Positions 36,896 to 49,947 of a stretch of 64,000 nucleotides of DNA are shown here, one piece after another. Each line of letters begins with the position of its first letter. Positions within the stretch are counted from its first letter, which is position 1. Under the pieces are notes generated by a model. It did no database searches, was not told where the DNA came from, and was given only the letters and a program-made list of their open reading frames with translations. Both the position numbers and the translations under genes were made by a program. Source of the stretch: Neodothiora populina (lineage: Eukaryota); contig NW_027191413.1 in NCBI RefSeq assembly GCF_041146345.1, positions 496,001-560,000 of the forward strand. Direction: 5' to 3'.

Positions 36896-38996
36896 CTACC
36901 ACATGAACCTTTGCACATTCCCTGGCTCCTGAGGCCAGGTGAAACCCTTGTTCAGAAACACCCAGCACGTGACTGCATTGACGACGAGGAACCATATCGT
37001 CTCCAACCACAATCTGTGGTCGTGCTCGAGGTACAACACTCTCGCGAAGAAGCCTCGGTTCTCAACGGCGGCTTTGGCTTTTGTCTTGGGGCCTGCGACT
37101 GTCAGTCTAGGCGGGCCGAGTTCGAACCCACTGGGATGTGCTTCGGGGACACGCAGGCGCCACATGACCCAGGGTATGATGAAGTAGCGCGGTTCGACGA
37201 GCGGAGCAGTGACGAGTGCGAGAGCGGAGGTCAGAAGCCAGATGAGCACAAACGAGACGGTGCAGCCTTCGCCGAAAGCGGCGTCGTTGAGCAGAACAGC
37301 TTGTCTAGAGGGCAGAGAGGTGACTTTGCGGTTCACGCTTCCTGGCTCGTCCATGTTGCGGGTGCGGTCTTCGTCTGTGAAGAAGAACTTTGCGGACGCG
37401 CCTAGGGCTTGTATAGCCGCCCATGCTGTGACGAGGTAGACGGGCGCGGCGAGATATCTGATGATCGGGTGGCGCATGAGGATTCGGAAGACATAGAATG
37501 TATAATGTCTGTTGTCTGCTAGAGTGAAGGGGTGGACTATGGTGTTGTAATGTACTGCTAGCATTGCTAGTCCGACTATGGCCAGGGTAACCACTGGTCG
37601 GGGCAAGATTTTGTGGCGGCTGTAGATCAGAAGAGGTTCGAAAACCATGACTACCGGTATCATGCCTAATATTGCCACTCCGCCTTGTAGGATGAAGGGG
37701 TAGGTCAACGGGATGGAGAAAAAGGTTATGTATGGCCAAATGTAGAGCATCTGTGGTAGATGGAGGGTCGCGATATGGTTAGATTTGTCGCCTAAACGAG
37801 GTCAGCTTACGGCACATGTCATAGCTGGCGATGCAAGCACGACGAACCTAGCACAACGCCGCCATTCCAGAGCACAAACGCGCCAAAGAGGGCGAGTAAA
37901 GTGAGATATGGAAGTAGCAGGCGTATCAAACGAAGGGTCTTGTCCCGCGCGGTCAGTGTCCGTACGCCCAAGACGAGGATGGACACAATGTTCATCAAGT
38001 AGTCTACACTCACGTTAGAGTCGAACGGAATGGATAGAGTTGAGCAAAAGGAATACCATCGATCCAGGCCCCTCCAACTTGGGGATCATACAGAATGCCT
38101 TCGGCCCAGGTTTTTGAGATGACATCCCGTGTGGCATCTGTGACGGAGAAACTGCGGGTTATGCTGCTTCTCGAGGGATTACGCTTTTCACCCATACCAC
38201 TGATAGCGACGAGTCCTGCCGGGAAAACTGCGACCCAGAAGATGTTCGTCTGTCGGAAGCTGAGTGCTATGAGACCCAGCAGCACGGAGCAAACAGCTTG
38301 GAGAATGGTCGGGGTGCCTCGGGCATGGATATCGAAAAAGTGTTTGAAGAACAACAGGACGAACAGTGTGGAGGCCACGTCCGTATAGTACAGGCCGGAA
38401 AAGAAGAATAATGGCGGGAAGAGGCACATATTAAGTGCAGTATGAATCTGCTGCGGATCCACCTCTCCTATGCTTGACAGGAGCGATGTGTTCCGAGAGG
38501 CCTGTCGAGAGGTGATGACCCTTGACCTAGAGGGAGAGCTCATGTACAAGACAATGATGAATATGAAAAGCAACAGCACGGCGTTGAGGGACCTCAAGGC
38601 CAAGATACCGCATGACCCTGAAGCCTGATGGACCAGATAGGAGAGAAGGTATCTTGAGCCACGTTAGAGCCAGCACAAGAGGAATGGTACAGAGAGGAGA
38701 GTTCTTACAAGCCCGGTGGTGTGGTGATCTTGGGGTCCCATTCACGCAGTCTACCGGCGCAGTATGTCTGCGCTTGAACGACGTGGAAGAACTCATCCTA
38801 GATGGACGATGAGAAAGAATAGTGGAACACGAAGCTGAATGTCTAGTCTTACAAGATAGGGGTTTGCAACTTTTTCTGTTATCGAGGAGAGCCAGTAGCC
38901 TACTACCAAAGGTAGACTGAGGATAGCAAGAACAGCAGGCACGCGATTGCTGTGCTCCGAGTACAGTGTGCCTGCCATTGGGCGATTTGTGCCCAT
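36896..38996 (-). CDS. ALG10: Dol-P-Glc alpha-1,2-glucosyltransferase (5 exons)
   Basis: [85 protein letters not shown]. Confidence 0.96.
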
Positions 38997-39715
38997 GACA
39001 ATTGCCTGATGCTACCTTTATATCAAGATATACAGGTGGTTCAGGCTTGGCACGTCAGTACCATCCGCTTCGCCAAACTCCAGATTACAGCAAGGCGCCG
39101 TCTGCTTTCCCGGTATTCGATCAGTATATTCTTTCTAATCCTTGAATGTAGTCTACAGGCGGCTCTGTAAGAAGGTTTCTAGAGCAATATGGTCGGGAGT
39201 AAGAGTGCCGATATCGCCAAGAGCAAAGGCGCATGATCCGACGGCTCTCACCCCACGTTCGGGTGTTCATGGTTAAGTCAGAGGAGTATGATGCTGATGC
39301 ACAATGTGTCATGGCATATGTGGGTACAGCGATTAGTAGTAGTAGTAGTACTGTAGCTACAGCAAAGTAGTCGATCGGGTTGCGGTGTAGGTAAGCTCGG
39401 CAAAGAGTATCTTTGTAGTTGTTGTGCTATACAGCACTCGTCCACTGATATACAGTACAAGTACTTTGTAGACTGTATAAGCGCTTATTACTGTTCGAAG
39501 ATAGTCTGACTTATCACTTCTTACACCTCCCGTTCACCCAACCTCGTTCTTTTTCGTCTTGTCTGGTCTGGTCTGTAATTCTGTGTCATCACGTCCTGTT
39601 CGTCCGTCCTTGATATAGAACCGACTCGGTGCCTCGGCGCATCCTTTACAGTTCTTTGCTTTACTGCAACATCCACTCGCTATACCACAATCTTCCTCAT
39701 GGAACCTTTAGCATA

Positions 39716-41367
39716 ATGAATGCACTGAACATACTCTCCGGCATCAGCTCAACCCCTCCACCCAGTCCTCCTCGGTCGCGCACCGCATCTTACTCGGCCA
39801 TCAGCCGTGATGGCCCATCGTCCTCGAGAGAGGCACCGACGGACATATTGAGCTCCGCTTTATCATCGAGGAAGCTCTCCGCGAGCCGGGACGATGACGA
39901 TTCCGCTTCTCTCGATTCGAGTGATGCGATAAGAGATGAGAAAGCCCCGCTGTTGGAACACGATGCTTCGAAAACAGAGCAAACCACACATAAAAGAAGG
40001 ACGTCGCGACTGTGGGAGATACCGAAGCGCATCAGCGATGCCGCCGTTGCCTCACTCAAAGCAGTCTTGACCACCATATCCGCGCCCGTCCTGTACGTCG
40101 TCAACAGCTTCTACGATGAGCAAGGCTCATTCTCACCCATGGCACCCATTCGCAACATCTTGAAGCCTCGGAAACGGAAATCACGAACTTACCCCCCGAC
40201 CGGAGTGCGGGACAGCGTGGAGAAGGAAGGTCATCGTGAGAAACCACGGGTGAGACCGAGGAACGAGACTCCTCGCGGGTCAAACAGAGGCATCGCACAG
40301 GAGCGATCCATGTCTGTCGACTCGAGCTCGACCATCGCATCCGAATCCGAGTCCGAGAAATCATCCTCTACACTCGACGACAGCCCGGCCAGGAATACAC
40401 GCTCTCAGGCCACGGCGTCCAAAGATGAGATCGTTCCGGCGAAGAAGTCGATCCGTATCAAACTACACAATGAAGAAGCACTGAAGAGAAAACGACAACA
40501 CGCCAGAGCCTCCAGGTCGATAGACCAGGTGGCCGCCGTGGCCAACTCGCTCAAGTCGCCGTCCAGTCCTGCTACTGCGACGAAGCTGAAGTATCCACGT
40601 GCGCCTGCAGCGCCTCGACCGCTTGTACCGAAGCGCCAACCGTCGTATACCATCTCCTACAGCACCGAAACACCGAAGAAGACGTTGATTCTCGATCTGG
40701 ACGAGACTCTGATTCACAGCATGGCAAAAGGAGGGCGTATGAGTACCGGTCATATGGTGGAGGTCAAGTTTCAAGGACCGATAGGTGGCAATGGAGTTGT
40801 TCTGGGACCACAAGTGCCCATCTTGTACTATGTCCACGAACGACCCTTCTGCCACGATTTCCTCCGCAAGGTAAGGGACAACTTGGTATGACTTGACTGC
40901 ATTTGCGATACTGACATTCGCTTCCAAGATCTGCAAGTGGTACAACCTCATAGTGTTCACTGCATCTGTACAAGAGTATGCCGATCCGGTCATTGACTGG
41001 CTCGAGCGAGAGCGCAAGTACTTTAGCGCAAGGTATTACCGCCAGCACTGCACGTTTCGGAATGGCGCATACATCAAGGATCTCAGCCAGGTGGAGCCGG
41101 ACCTGAGCAAAGTCATGATCTTGGACAACAGCCCGATGAGCTACATCTTCCACGAAGGTGAGTTTCGTGTGTCCAAGTCGAGAGAAGGCCATGGGTCCGA
41201 AAACTGACGGCAAGGCTACAGACAACGCGATACCGATCGAAGGCTGGATCAGTGACCCTACAGACAACGACCTGCTGCATCTCGTGCCCTTGTTGGAGGG
41301 ATTACAGTACGTGACGGATGTTCGAGCATTATTGGCTTTGCGCATGGGACAGACGGAGCGAGGGTGA
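39716..41367 (+). CDS. NEM1: Nem1/CTDNEP1 (Dullard-like) nuclear envelope phosphatase; introns 40871-40928 and 41158-41221
   Basis: DLDETLIHS HAD motif, VFTASVQEYAD, YYRQHC, ILDNSP, NAIPIEGWISDP, DVRALL. Confidence 0.94.
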
Positions 41368-41689
41368 TTCTGCAATGTAGCTTCTCTCTTCAATGTTGAT
41401 TTGCATATGATTATTCGAGATGACCATGGAATAGAGGACGATTGAATGACAGTAAATGTGCCGAGTATAGACATATGTGTATGAAACGACATGATCGTTT
41501 TGTCGGTCTTTATCGATAAGCCATGCCCGCCATATGTTCTTTATATCCATCATGATTCTTTTTGTACTCTCTGTTTCCGATCAAAGACGACAAAAAAGAG
41601 AAGAGATGAAAAGTCTACAACGATGAGATTGAACAACAGGGCTGTCGTCGCTGGATTGAATCACCTATAATGACTCCGGGCCCTTGAAC

Positions 41690-41713
41690 GACAGACAGAC
41701 AGACAGACAGACA
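41690..41713. repeat. (GACA)6 microsatellite
   Basis: Direct reading. Confidence 0.9.
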
Positions 41714-41857
41714 GCAGTCACCTACGCAAGCCCTGTGTTTGCCCACCACGACAACCGCACATTGAGAACCAATAGATCGCTGTCCGCGACCCTCCACCAT
41801 CCCGAGAAGACCAGACCAGACCCCCACCGGACTGAGAAAACACCACTACCGCCCAAC

Positions 41858-42922
41858 ATGCCCTCCCTCAAGCTCCTAGCCACAGTCCTCCTCCTCCTGC
41901 TCCTCATCCTCTCCGCACTACTAGCCACCTCCCTGCGCCTCCTCTACATCCTCCGCCCGCGAGCCCCAACGCCCAAGACCCGAGGCTGCACAACGACGCA
42001 TCTGCTGGTCGTGCTCGGAAGCGGAGGGCACACGGCTGAGATGATCGAGATGTTGCGCGTCGCAGTCCTAGGACGCGAGAGATGCCGACGAAGACTTTGG
42101 GCTGCTGCAGACGCAGACGCAGAGAAAGAACACGGAGTGGGAGTGATGGAGGAAGAAGAGAAGAGACTATTGGACTGGCGGGATTACACGCACAGAACAT
42201 GGGTCGTGTCCTCGGGCGACGCAGTGAGTGCGTCGAGAGCGAAAGAGGTCGAGGACGAGTTTGCGGCTTTCTACTCTGCTTCGCTGTCTTCTCTCCCTGG
42301 CGGCGCGAAAGCGAAGACGGGCACGGGCACAGGGACATACGACATCCACACTGTCCCGCGCGCGCGCAAGATCCACCAGTCTCTGCTCTCGACCCCGCTG
42401 TCCTCTCTGGCATGTCTGTGGGCGTGCCTCTCCATCCTCTGCTTTCCCCCTTCTCCTCCGTCTCCGCCTCCTTCTTCATCTAGCTCGACAGCGCAGACGC
42501 AAACCCAACAGCCAGATCTAATCCTGACCAACGGCCCCGCGACAGGCACGATTTTATGTTTCGCAGCATTGCTCGCGCGACTCTTGAATGTGCGAGGCGC
42601 AGACACGCGGAATAAACTCCGGGTCGTCTATGTGGAGTCGTTTGCGAGAGTGAAACGCATGAGTCTCAGTGGGCGCATCTTGGGTTCGTGGGGATTAGGC
42701 GTCAGGAGGGTTGTGGTGCAGTGGGAGGGGCTTTGTGATGGTGCGTCTCCTGTGCATGTCGATGGTGATGGTGGGAGTAGTCGTGGAGATGGTGGTGAGG
42801 CGGAGAGAAAAGGGACTGGAATGGATGCAGGTGCAGGACGGCGGCCACAGCAACAGCAGAGAAAAGGAAAGAGAAAGGGAAAGGGAAAGGGAAAGGCAGA
42901 GTTCCTGGGCGTGTTGGTGTGA
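41858..42922 (+). CDS. ALG14: UDP-GlcNAc transferase subunit Alg14, with low-complexity insertions
   Basis: N-terminal TM, VLGSGGHTAEM, VPRARKIHQ, PDLILTNGPAT, YVESFARV, LSGRIL, VVQW. Confidence 0.93.
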   Translation: MPSLKLLATVLLLLLLILSALLATSLRLLYILRPRAPTPKTRGCTTTHLLVVLGSGGHTAEMIEMLRVAVLGRERCRRRLWAAADADAEKEHGVGVMEEEEKRLLDWRDYTHRTWVVSSGDAVSASRAKEVEDEFAAFYSASLSSLPGGAKAKTGTGTGTYDIHTVPRARKIHQSLLSTPLSSLACLWACLSILCFPPSPPSPPPSSSSSTAQTQTQQPDLILTNGPATGTILCFAALLARLLNVRGADTRNKLRVVYVESFARVKRMSLSGRILGSWGLGVRRVVVQWEGLCDGASPVHVDGDGGSSRGDGGEAERKGTGMDAGAGRRPQQQQRKGKRKGKGKGKAEFLGVLV

Positions 42923-43375
42923 GAAGAACATCAAGAAACAAAAGGAAAAAGAGCAGATTTCTCGTTTTGAGAACCGGCTTGGAGAACGAAATAGATGTAT
43001 CGTGATCATCATCCTTCGGGGCGAGAAAAGTGATATGAGACAGTGTCGTGATGAGAATGAATGGATATTGATCCTGTGCGACGTTCTGTCTGTCTCGCTA
43101 TTCGAGTACCAATGCTATGCTACGCTATGCAAAAAGACTCACTCGTGAACCCAGAGAGGAAGAGAGGAGACAAACAGAAAAGAAGAAGAAAACGGGCCCC
43201 AATATCCTCTCAAGACACATTCCCCACCGATCCACTCCAACCTTGATAGCCTACCATCCATTCCGAGTACCCCGATTCCCTGATTTTGTCGTTTACATGT
43301 ACGCGTATACTTCGTGTTCGTTTCTTCCCCTTTCCTTCTTTCTTCTCATTGTTTCGGAAAAGAGTATTACTTGTA

Positions 43376-45819
43376 CTACAGACGCGGATGAGAACGTCTC
43401 TGGCTTCCGACTATCCCAGCACCGCTACCGCCGGCGACAGCAGCACTACTGCTACCACTGCCACCAGCACCACCTCCAAGAACACCGTGGCTGGCAGCAT
43501 AGCTTTCTCCATCCCCACCACCGCTGCCGACAGCACCACGTCGTCGCCCAGCAAGGCCGACGACACCCAGCAGTGGCTCCAGACACACGTCGCTGATCCA
43601 CGCTCTGACGCTGGCGTCTCTGAGCATGGCGACGGCCAGAGCAGCGAGCGCCAACAACAGCGACAAGCCGAACGCCCGGCCATTCGTCCGCACAATCTGT
43701 GCTGCTGCGCCGGTCTGGGCGGAGGCGCGCTCGAACCATTCCCGGCCGTCGCCGCCTACTTCTCGTCGTCTCGCTGTGGGGCTGGTCTTGGTCCTGGAGT
43801 TCTTGTTGTTGCTGCTCGAGGTGTCGAAGTTCTGAGTGCGTTTGGCGCGAGGGGTCGAGGTCGGGGTGTCACCTCCTAGTTTGAAGGAGGAGGAGAACAT
43901 GTCTTCGAGGCCGGTTCCGGTTCCTTTTGCTGCGGCGTCCAGGTCGGATTTCAGAGTCCACCTGGCGGGGCGGAACATGTCTTCCTGCTCTGCTTCTTGC
44001 TCTTCTTCTTCTTGGTAGCCTTCCTGTTTGGCTTTGCGCGTGTTGTACCTTCTCTGTGTGCGCACATAAGTGCTCTGCGGCGCTTCCGTGTCTGAGGGGA
44101 CCGTCTCCTCGCTTTCTGCGTCGCTGTCACGTCTCCGTCTGCGGCTTGTCGTGTTTGGTTTCTTGCTGGGTTTGGAAGATGATTGCTTCGAAGAAGACGG
44201 CAAGGCCGCTGATGACAGGCCCATCTGCTTGAAGAAATCTTGCTGTTTCGACAGGGGCGTAGGCTTGAATTGGGGTTGTGGAGGTGGATTGCGTAATCTA
44301 TGTGCCGGACTTATGGGCGCGGGAGGTAGACGTCCTACAAAGGGAGACGGGGCGCCCGCTGCGCCTGCTGGCGGAGGTGGACGCAAGAAAGCTGGTATCG
44401 CTGGAGCTGGCACGGGTGGAAAGGACGAGGTCATCTGTGGCACAGTGGGGTTCTGGGTACGACGGATCAGAGGTGATGATTGTCGGGGCAGAGGCTCCCA
44501 ATCCATCGAGTCTGCTGCGTCTTGGTGATTCGAAAACTCCGTGTCAGATGCTGGTGGTGTTGGTGGCGCGGCGAGCGGCGAGCTACGTGAGACGGGGTTA
44601 CCAAGTCCCAAAGGAGATCTCGAAGACAGGTTGCTGATGTTGAAAGGCTGGGTAGGAGGCTTGCGCAGAGACGAGGGTTGGGGATGTATTTCGGTGGGGT
44701 ATTGAAAGGCATCAGGCTCGACCAGGGGAGCAGTGGTGTCTCGGAAGGAGATTCTCTGCGTCCGAACGTACTTCACCATGCGCTGGGGAAAGACGATGCC
44801 GATGATTGTTACAAGCAGAGAAAGGCCGTGCAAAGCACGAGTGACAGTGGTCGATGAGCCCTGGGCGAAGTGGGTCGAGAGCTTCCACCAGACGGCAAAT
44901 CTCCAGAACAGAACAGCAGCTTGGAAGCGGTAGAAATCGGCCAGACCGGTCCACTGAGACTTCTTGCCAGGAGCGTTCAGCTTGGTCTTGAGTGCAGGGT
45001 TCCACCAGGCCAGATACAGGCTGGTCTGGAGAGACAGACGTACGACATGGACGAACAAGTGGCTGCATCCGAGAGGAAGGTAGCTGTGCTGAGCGGCGGT
45101 GACTGTGCAGCCAATGATTTCCAGGGGTCTCATACCGGCGACTTGCTCCTGGTCGGCGGGCACGGCAAGCAGACCAAGGAGATGCCACAGTGCTTGCACG
45201 AGCATGCTGACCCACCAGGCGAGTGTACAGCACATCAGACCCGTCTTCAGGATGGACTTTGGAGGCGACGAGGTGACGAGAGGTTTGTTCTTCGAGTGCT
45301 CGATGCTCCTCGTCAGGAAGTCGACCTTTGCGGCGTACGAAGTCTTGTGAATGCGCTCCTGCACGCGCGGCGCACACTGGTGGCAGACCTGGGGATACCG
45401 CCGTTCCAGGTCCTTGCGATAGGCTGGGTACTCTCTCTCATACTTTTCGTATTCGGCATCGTCCTCGGAGGGCAAATACTCGGAGAGCAGCTGCGTGAGA
45501 AAGTACTGGTTCTTGATGCAGGTGTTGCAGAAGAGGTTGTCGTCGCTGTGGGTTATGGGAGAGGCGCTCTTCGCTCGCGCGTGGGCATAGACTTGTGTTT
45601 GTCGCTTGCAGGGTGTCGTGGGTGGATCTGTGATTTCGCCCTTCTGCTCTTGCCGTCAGCGTATATTCAGAAACAGATAAGCTGGATCCGTACCTGGTCA
45701 AGGTGATTTGTCGCATCGCATGACGCACATGTGAATTGTCGCGTCTTCCCGTCTTTGGCGTACGCAGACCGGCTGCCGCAGTAGAAACAGCACAGGCGCG
45801 GCTGTAGCAAGCTAGGCAT
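43376..45819 (-). CDS. ima1: Ima1/Samp1-like inner nuclear membrane protein; exons 45694-45819 and 43376-45643
   Basis: N-terminal Cys pairs (CFYC, CASC, CNTC, CHQC), GEITDPP, LERRYPQVC; TM block; MDW and FxGRLPPAP motifs. Confidence 0.88.
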
Positions 45820-46381
45820 GTCGGTGATAGACAGGCCAGCAGAAGAATCACCTTAAGAATCAATGGGGGAATATTGTAGACGTTCAGATCATGTGAATGT
45901 CAAGCCAATCAAGGTAGTCAATGCAGGTGCTGTCTATCGTTACTGGAAGACAGAAGACTCATGTCGATGACAAGGGTGAGCTTGAACTTTTCTCAGGCAG
46001 AATTATGATGACAAGGACAACAGTGGCGAGACACACGAAAGATCAGAGAGCAATGTGTCTATCGAGACCGAAAAGAATACATGTTATTCCAGTAGTTATT
46101 GTTTACTCGCAGCGGAGAAGACTTGCGAGCACGAGGCTTGTCTCCGTTGAAGACGAGGCAGCCGACTCTATGTTTCTTTTTCCATGTCAATCAATGATCC
46201 ACTTTATGAATCCCTTGGCATCAATTTACAGATTGACCAGAGGCCGAAACACTCTAGACAGACAGACTGGACTGTACTTTGTATTAGACCAACCAACCAA
46301 CCAACCAATTGCTGGTCGGCTGCTCGTCTTCCACCACTCTGCATCTGCAACATCCTTGACCCAAACCACACACGCTCCCCA

Positions 46382-47556
46382 ATGCAGAAATTAATGCAAC
46401 GCACCTCGGCCGCCCAGAGGCAGGCGACCCGCCGCGCCGCCCGCCAGACGGGAAAAGTGGAAAACGCGCAGGAATGGCAGAACCGACAGCAGCGCAAGGC
46501 CCGCACCGCCTCGCAGTCAATGTACATCAAGAACGAGCGCGAGCGACGACGAGAAGCCTACGAGGCCGGCTCCCACCTGGCGCCTCGGTATGATGTCGGA
46601 GAGCAGGCCGACACCTACGCCACCGTCGATGCCTACATCCTGCAGGGCGTCAACCGCACCTGGAGACAGTACAAGAACGAGATCTGCCCTTTTGCAGAGG
46701 GCGACAGAGTCGTCGTGACTCAGGGAAAGGAGAAGGGCAAGATTGGCAGGATCACCACGATGGATGCCCAGGCTGGCTCCGTCAAGATCAATGGCCTGAA
46801 CATGGTATTTTCTTACTGCTACTTTCATCCGTGTATACACCAGATCACTGACCACAACCAAAGGGAGACTGGTACGTCCCCGAATGGGCCAGACAAGAAG
46901 ACGCCGACCCGCGCCCCATCGTCGCCGCGCCCCTCCCGATCCCCTTCTCGCACATCAAACTCGTCCACCCGCTGCGCGACCCGGAGACGGGCGTCTTCAA
47001 AGACACAATCATAGACAAGATCGTCGTGCGCCTGCGAGCACAGCCCGAAGAGCCCGTCGAAGCCTCACCTTTTGTCCGCAGAGAAGTTCTAGGCTGGGAC
47101 CCCAAGACGCGCGAGTACATCCGCGGCCGACGCTTCATCCCCGGTCTCGAGCAAGAGATGCCGTGGCCGGAGACGGAAGACGCCAAAGAGGAAACCGCCC
47201 ACGACGACGACACGTACCGCATCAACGTCGACGAAGTCACGCATCGCCCCTACCTGCTGCAACCGCCCATGCCGCCCAGCGTCATCGACGAGCTGCGCAA
47301 CAAGTACAGCGTCTTCCGCACCCGCCACGAGGACTGGTACGTCGCGCGCAAAGAGGCCGAGGACCGCGCCGTGCAGCAGAAGAAGGAGCTCGCCAGACTC
47401 GTGTCCACGCCGACCATGGAGCTGCGCGAGAAGACGAGACGCGAGAGGCTCGACAGCCGCAAGGATCTGAATCCTGACCAGTTGGCCGAGATTGGCCGTC
47501 TGGTAGCCGAGGGCAGACGGAGTGCTGCGAAAGAGGTTTCTCGACGCAGCGCATAA
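46382..47556 (+). CDS. MRPL40: Mitochondrial ribosomal protein uL24m (KOW motif); exons 46382-46804 and 46864-47556
   Basis: GDRVVVTQGKEKGKIG KOW motif; RFIPGL..MPWP; PMPPSVIDELRNKYSVFRTRH. Confidence 0.9.
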
Positions 47557-48018
47557 TAAAATCTATCCTTGGAGAAGCGTAAGAAAAAGAAAAAAGAGGA
47601 ATCCGCCGCACCCTCGTGTATGACTACATTTGACCAGCAGACGACGAGAGAAGATGTGAGAAAAGGGACGTTTCTTTTTCCCCCACCACCCGTGTGTGAA
47701 TATTCCATCAGATCAGCAGAGAACAATATGAATAAAAAGTCCGACCTAGAAGACGACTAGGAAACAAAATCTCCCATTTCGAGCCAGTGAGTGACGGACG
47801 GCAAGATAAGCACTAGTAGACATCAGGACATTTTGAACATGCATACATAAATATACTGAGGTGTCAATGAACAGGTAAAGAGAATAGATATAGAAACAAT
47901 CAACTATAGAGAGAAGGAAAAATATATGATGATGATAAATTGGCAATCAGCATTGTGCATATGTGTGAGTGCAGTGTGTGTCGCTCTGGCAAAATGGAAC
48001 AGAACAAAGCAGTGTCGG

Positions 48019-48048
<30 letters not shown>
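48019..48048. repeat. (TGC)10 trinucleotide microsatellite, intergenic/3' UTR
   Basis: Direct reading. Confidence 0.92.
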
Positions 48049-48050
<2 letters not shown>

Positions 48051-48642
48051 CCGAACAATATCAAAAAGAAAAGGATATCTGATCCCGTATCACGCTCGGA
48101 AAACAACGTGTTCGAACGAGCGCCTCCTTCTGCAATATCCACTCTCTCCTCTCTCCTGTCACTGCCCTCCGTTCGTCTTTTACATCGAAAGTGACGACGG
48201 GTCAGCACTGGGAAAAACACATCCTTCCCAACCCTTCCAGATTCCCCATGCCCAGTCCGTGAGTCGCCCCCCGCTCCCTGCTATCGGAAGCGAGATCAGA
48301 CCCCAAAAGTGTATGTCGTCAGAAAACCAGCCAATTATAGGCTGTTTCCTCATCAAAAATCGCGCTCGGTAATTCTCCCATCTCTTCGAACATGCTCACC
48401 AACTCATCATTGATGGTGGGATCGAAGCTCCAATAAAACATAGAATAAAATCAAGAAAAGAGAAAATGCGCAAAATGAGGAAGAAAAAAAAATCAACGTA
48501 TCAGGTCATGGTGAAGCATAGTCCTAGCAGGTCAGAGCCTACGAGCTAACCAGCGCGTCAACCGAAACAAATGGGAAAACTCAAGAGTTTAACCCCTTGT
48601 TCCAATTTCAGCTGCTGCCGTCTCGTGTACACGAGGGACACC

Positions 48643-49947
48643 TTAAAAGTTTTGGGCGATGCCGCTGTTGCCTTGTTGATAGCTTCCACCAGCCTCGATT
48701 CTGGTGTTTCTCCTGGCGCTCACGTCGCGAACAATCGGCATGCCGCTTTCTGCGCCGCCACCGTAGGAACCGTCTCCGTAAGGTCCATGTTGTCCGTAGC
48801 CGTAGGTGGCGCTGTTGTACATGTCGGGAGAGGATCCGTAAGATTGAGCAATGTTGCCGTCAGAGTTATCGCTGTGATTGCCGGCCGAGTAGGATGAAGA
48901 TGCGTTGGATGGACCGCGACGGATATCGTTGTTTCGATGAGCACCAGCGACTGGAGCAGCGCCCAGAGCAGCGAGGTCATCACTGCTCATGGTTCCTCGC
49001 TGTCCATTGAAGACAAGTGCATCGCCGCTGTTGCCTTCTGATGGTGGACCAGTCGGGGAGTGTAGAGCACCGCCAGGATTGCTGCCGGATTCGCTTGGTT
49101 GACCTGCGGTGTGACCACTGGACATGTTGGTGCTGGCCTTGCGGTTAGACATGCCTGCATTGCCCCAACCTCGGTAACCACCGCTATGATCCTCGGTCAT
49201 CTCAGAGTTGCCTTCCTGAGCAATTACTGGGAGGGTCGGATCGTTGTTAGGGTTGAATCCATATTCTTCGACTTCCTTCCTGCGTGCTTCTGCCTCGGTC
49301 TTTCTTTGCTTGCGCTTCCTCCAGAAGAAAAGACCGGCGACAACCAACAAAGCAACGACGACGACGGGTACGACGACAGCTACAGCAGTCTTGCCGCCCG
49401 GGGAGAGTCCACCGCCCGATGAGTTGCTGGATCCATTGTTGCTGCCATTGAGAGATGCTGCGCCCGCCGTAGATGAAGATGCCGCCGAGGATGATCTGGT
49501 GGATGATGTTCCGGCTCCGGCTGTCGCGGTGGGGGAGTACACCGAGGTCACCACCACAGTCACGGGAGCCACTGATGATTCGCCGGCCACAGAGGGGGTC
49601 TGTGTGACAACAGACGTGTAGAGTTGAGTAGATGCAGGTTGGCTTGACGCAGAGACGACAGAGGTGAAGACACTTGTTGACGAGGGTTCAACTGTGGTTG
49701 TGCTTGCTGCAGCAGCGGAGGACGATGCTTCCACCGATGAGCTGAACACCGAAGAGACTGAAGAGGCTACATCAGATGAGAAAGACGAGGATGCGGCAGC
49801 GACGTCTGTGGTGGAGGAGAGCGAGGTTTGAGCGCTCGTAAAGGAGCTAGAGGAAACTAGAGCGATGAGTGTTAGTGGGACAAGTTCGCGCAAGGTGAAC
49901 CGGGTTGCTGATGGAAAGATTCGAGGCGTACTTGTACTGTTCGACAT
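48643..49947 (-). CDS. Single-pass Ser/Thr-rich cell-surface protein (Mid2/SKG6-like sensor)
   Basis: Signal-like N-terminus, Ser/Thr ectodomain, GLSPGGKTAVAVVVPVVVVALLVVAGLFFWRKRK TM segment, cytosolic EEYGFNPN...GYRGWG tail. Confidence 0.85.
   Translation of the reverse strand: MSNSTSTPRIFPSATRFTLRELVPLTLIALVSSSSFTSAQTSLSSTTDVAAASSSFSSDVASSVSSVFSSSVEASSSAAAASTTTVEPSSTSVFTSVVSASSQPASTQLYTSVVTQTPSVAGESSVAPVTVVVTSVYSPTATAGAGTSSTRSSSAASSSTAGAASLNGSNNGSSNSSGGGLSPGGKTAVAVVVPVVVVALLVVAGLFFWRKRKQRKTEAEARRKEVEEYGFNPNNDPTLPVIAQEGNSEMTEDHSGGYRGWGNAGMSNRKASTNMSSGHTAGQPSESGSNPGGALHSPTGPPSEGNSGDALVFNGQRGTMSSDDLAALGAAPVAGAHRNNDIRRGPSNASSSYSAGNHSDNSDGNIAQSYGSSPDMYNSATYGYGQHGPYGDGSYGGGAESGMPIVRDVSARRNTRIEAGGSYQQGNSGIAQNF

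Noticed and set aside
44070..47726. Long antisense and alternative-frame ORFs over IMA1 and MRPL40 (likewise over the HXT and RQC1 genes)
   Set aside because: Shadow ORFs expected from high GC3 codon usage
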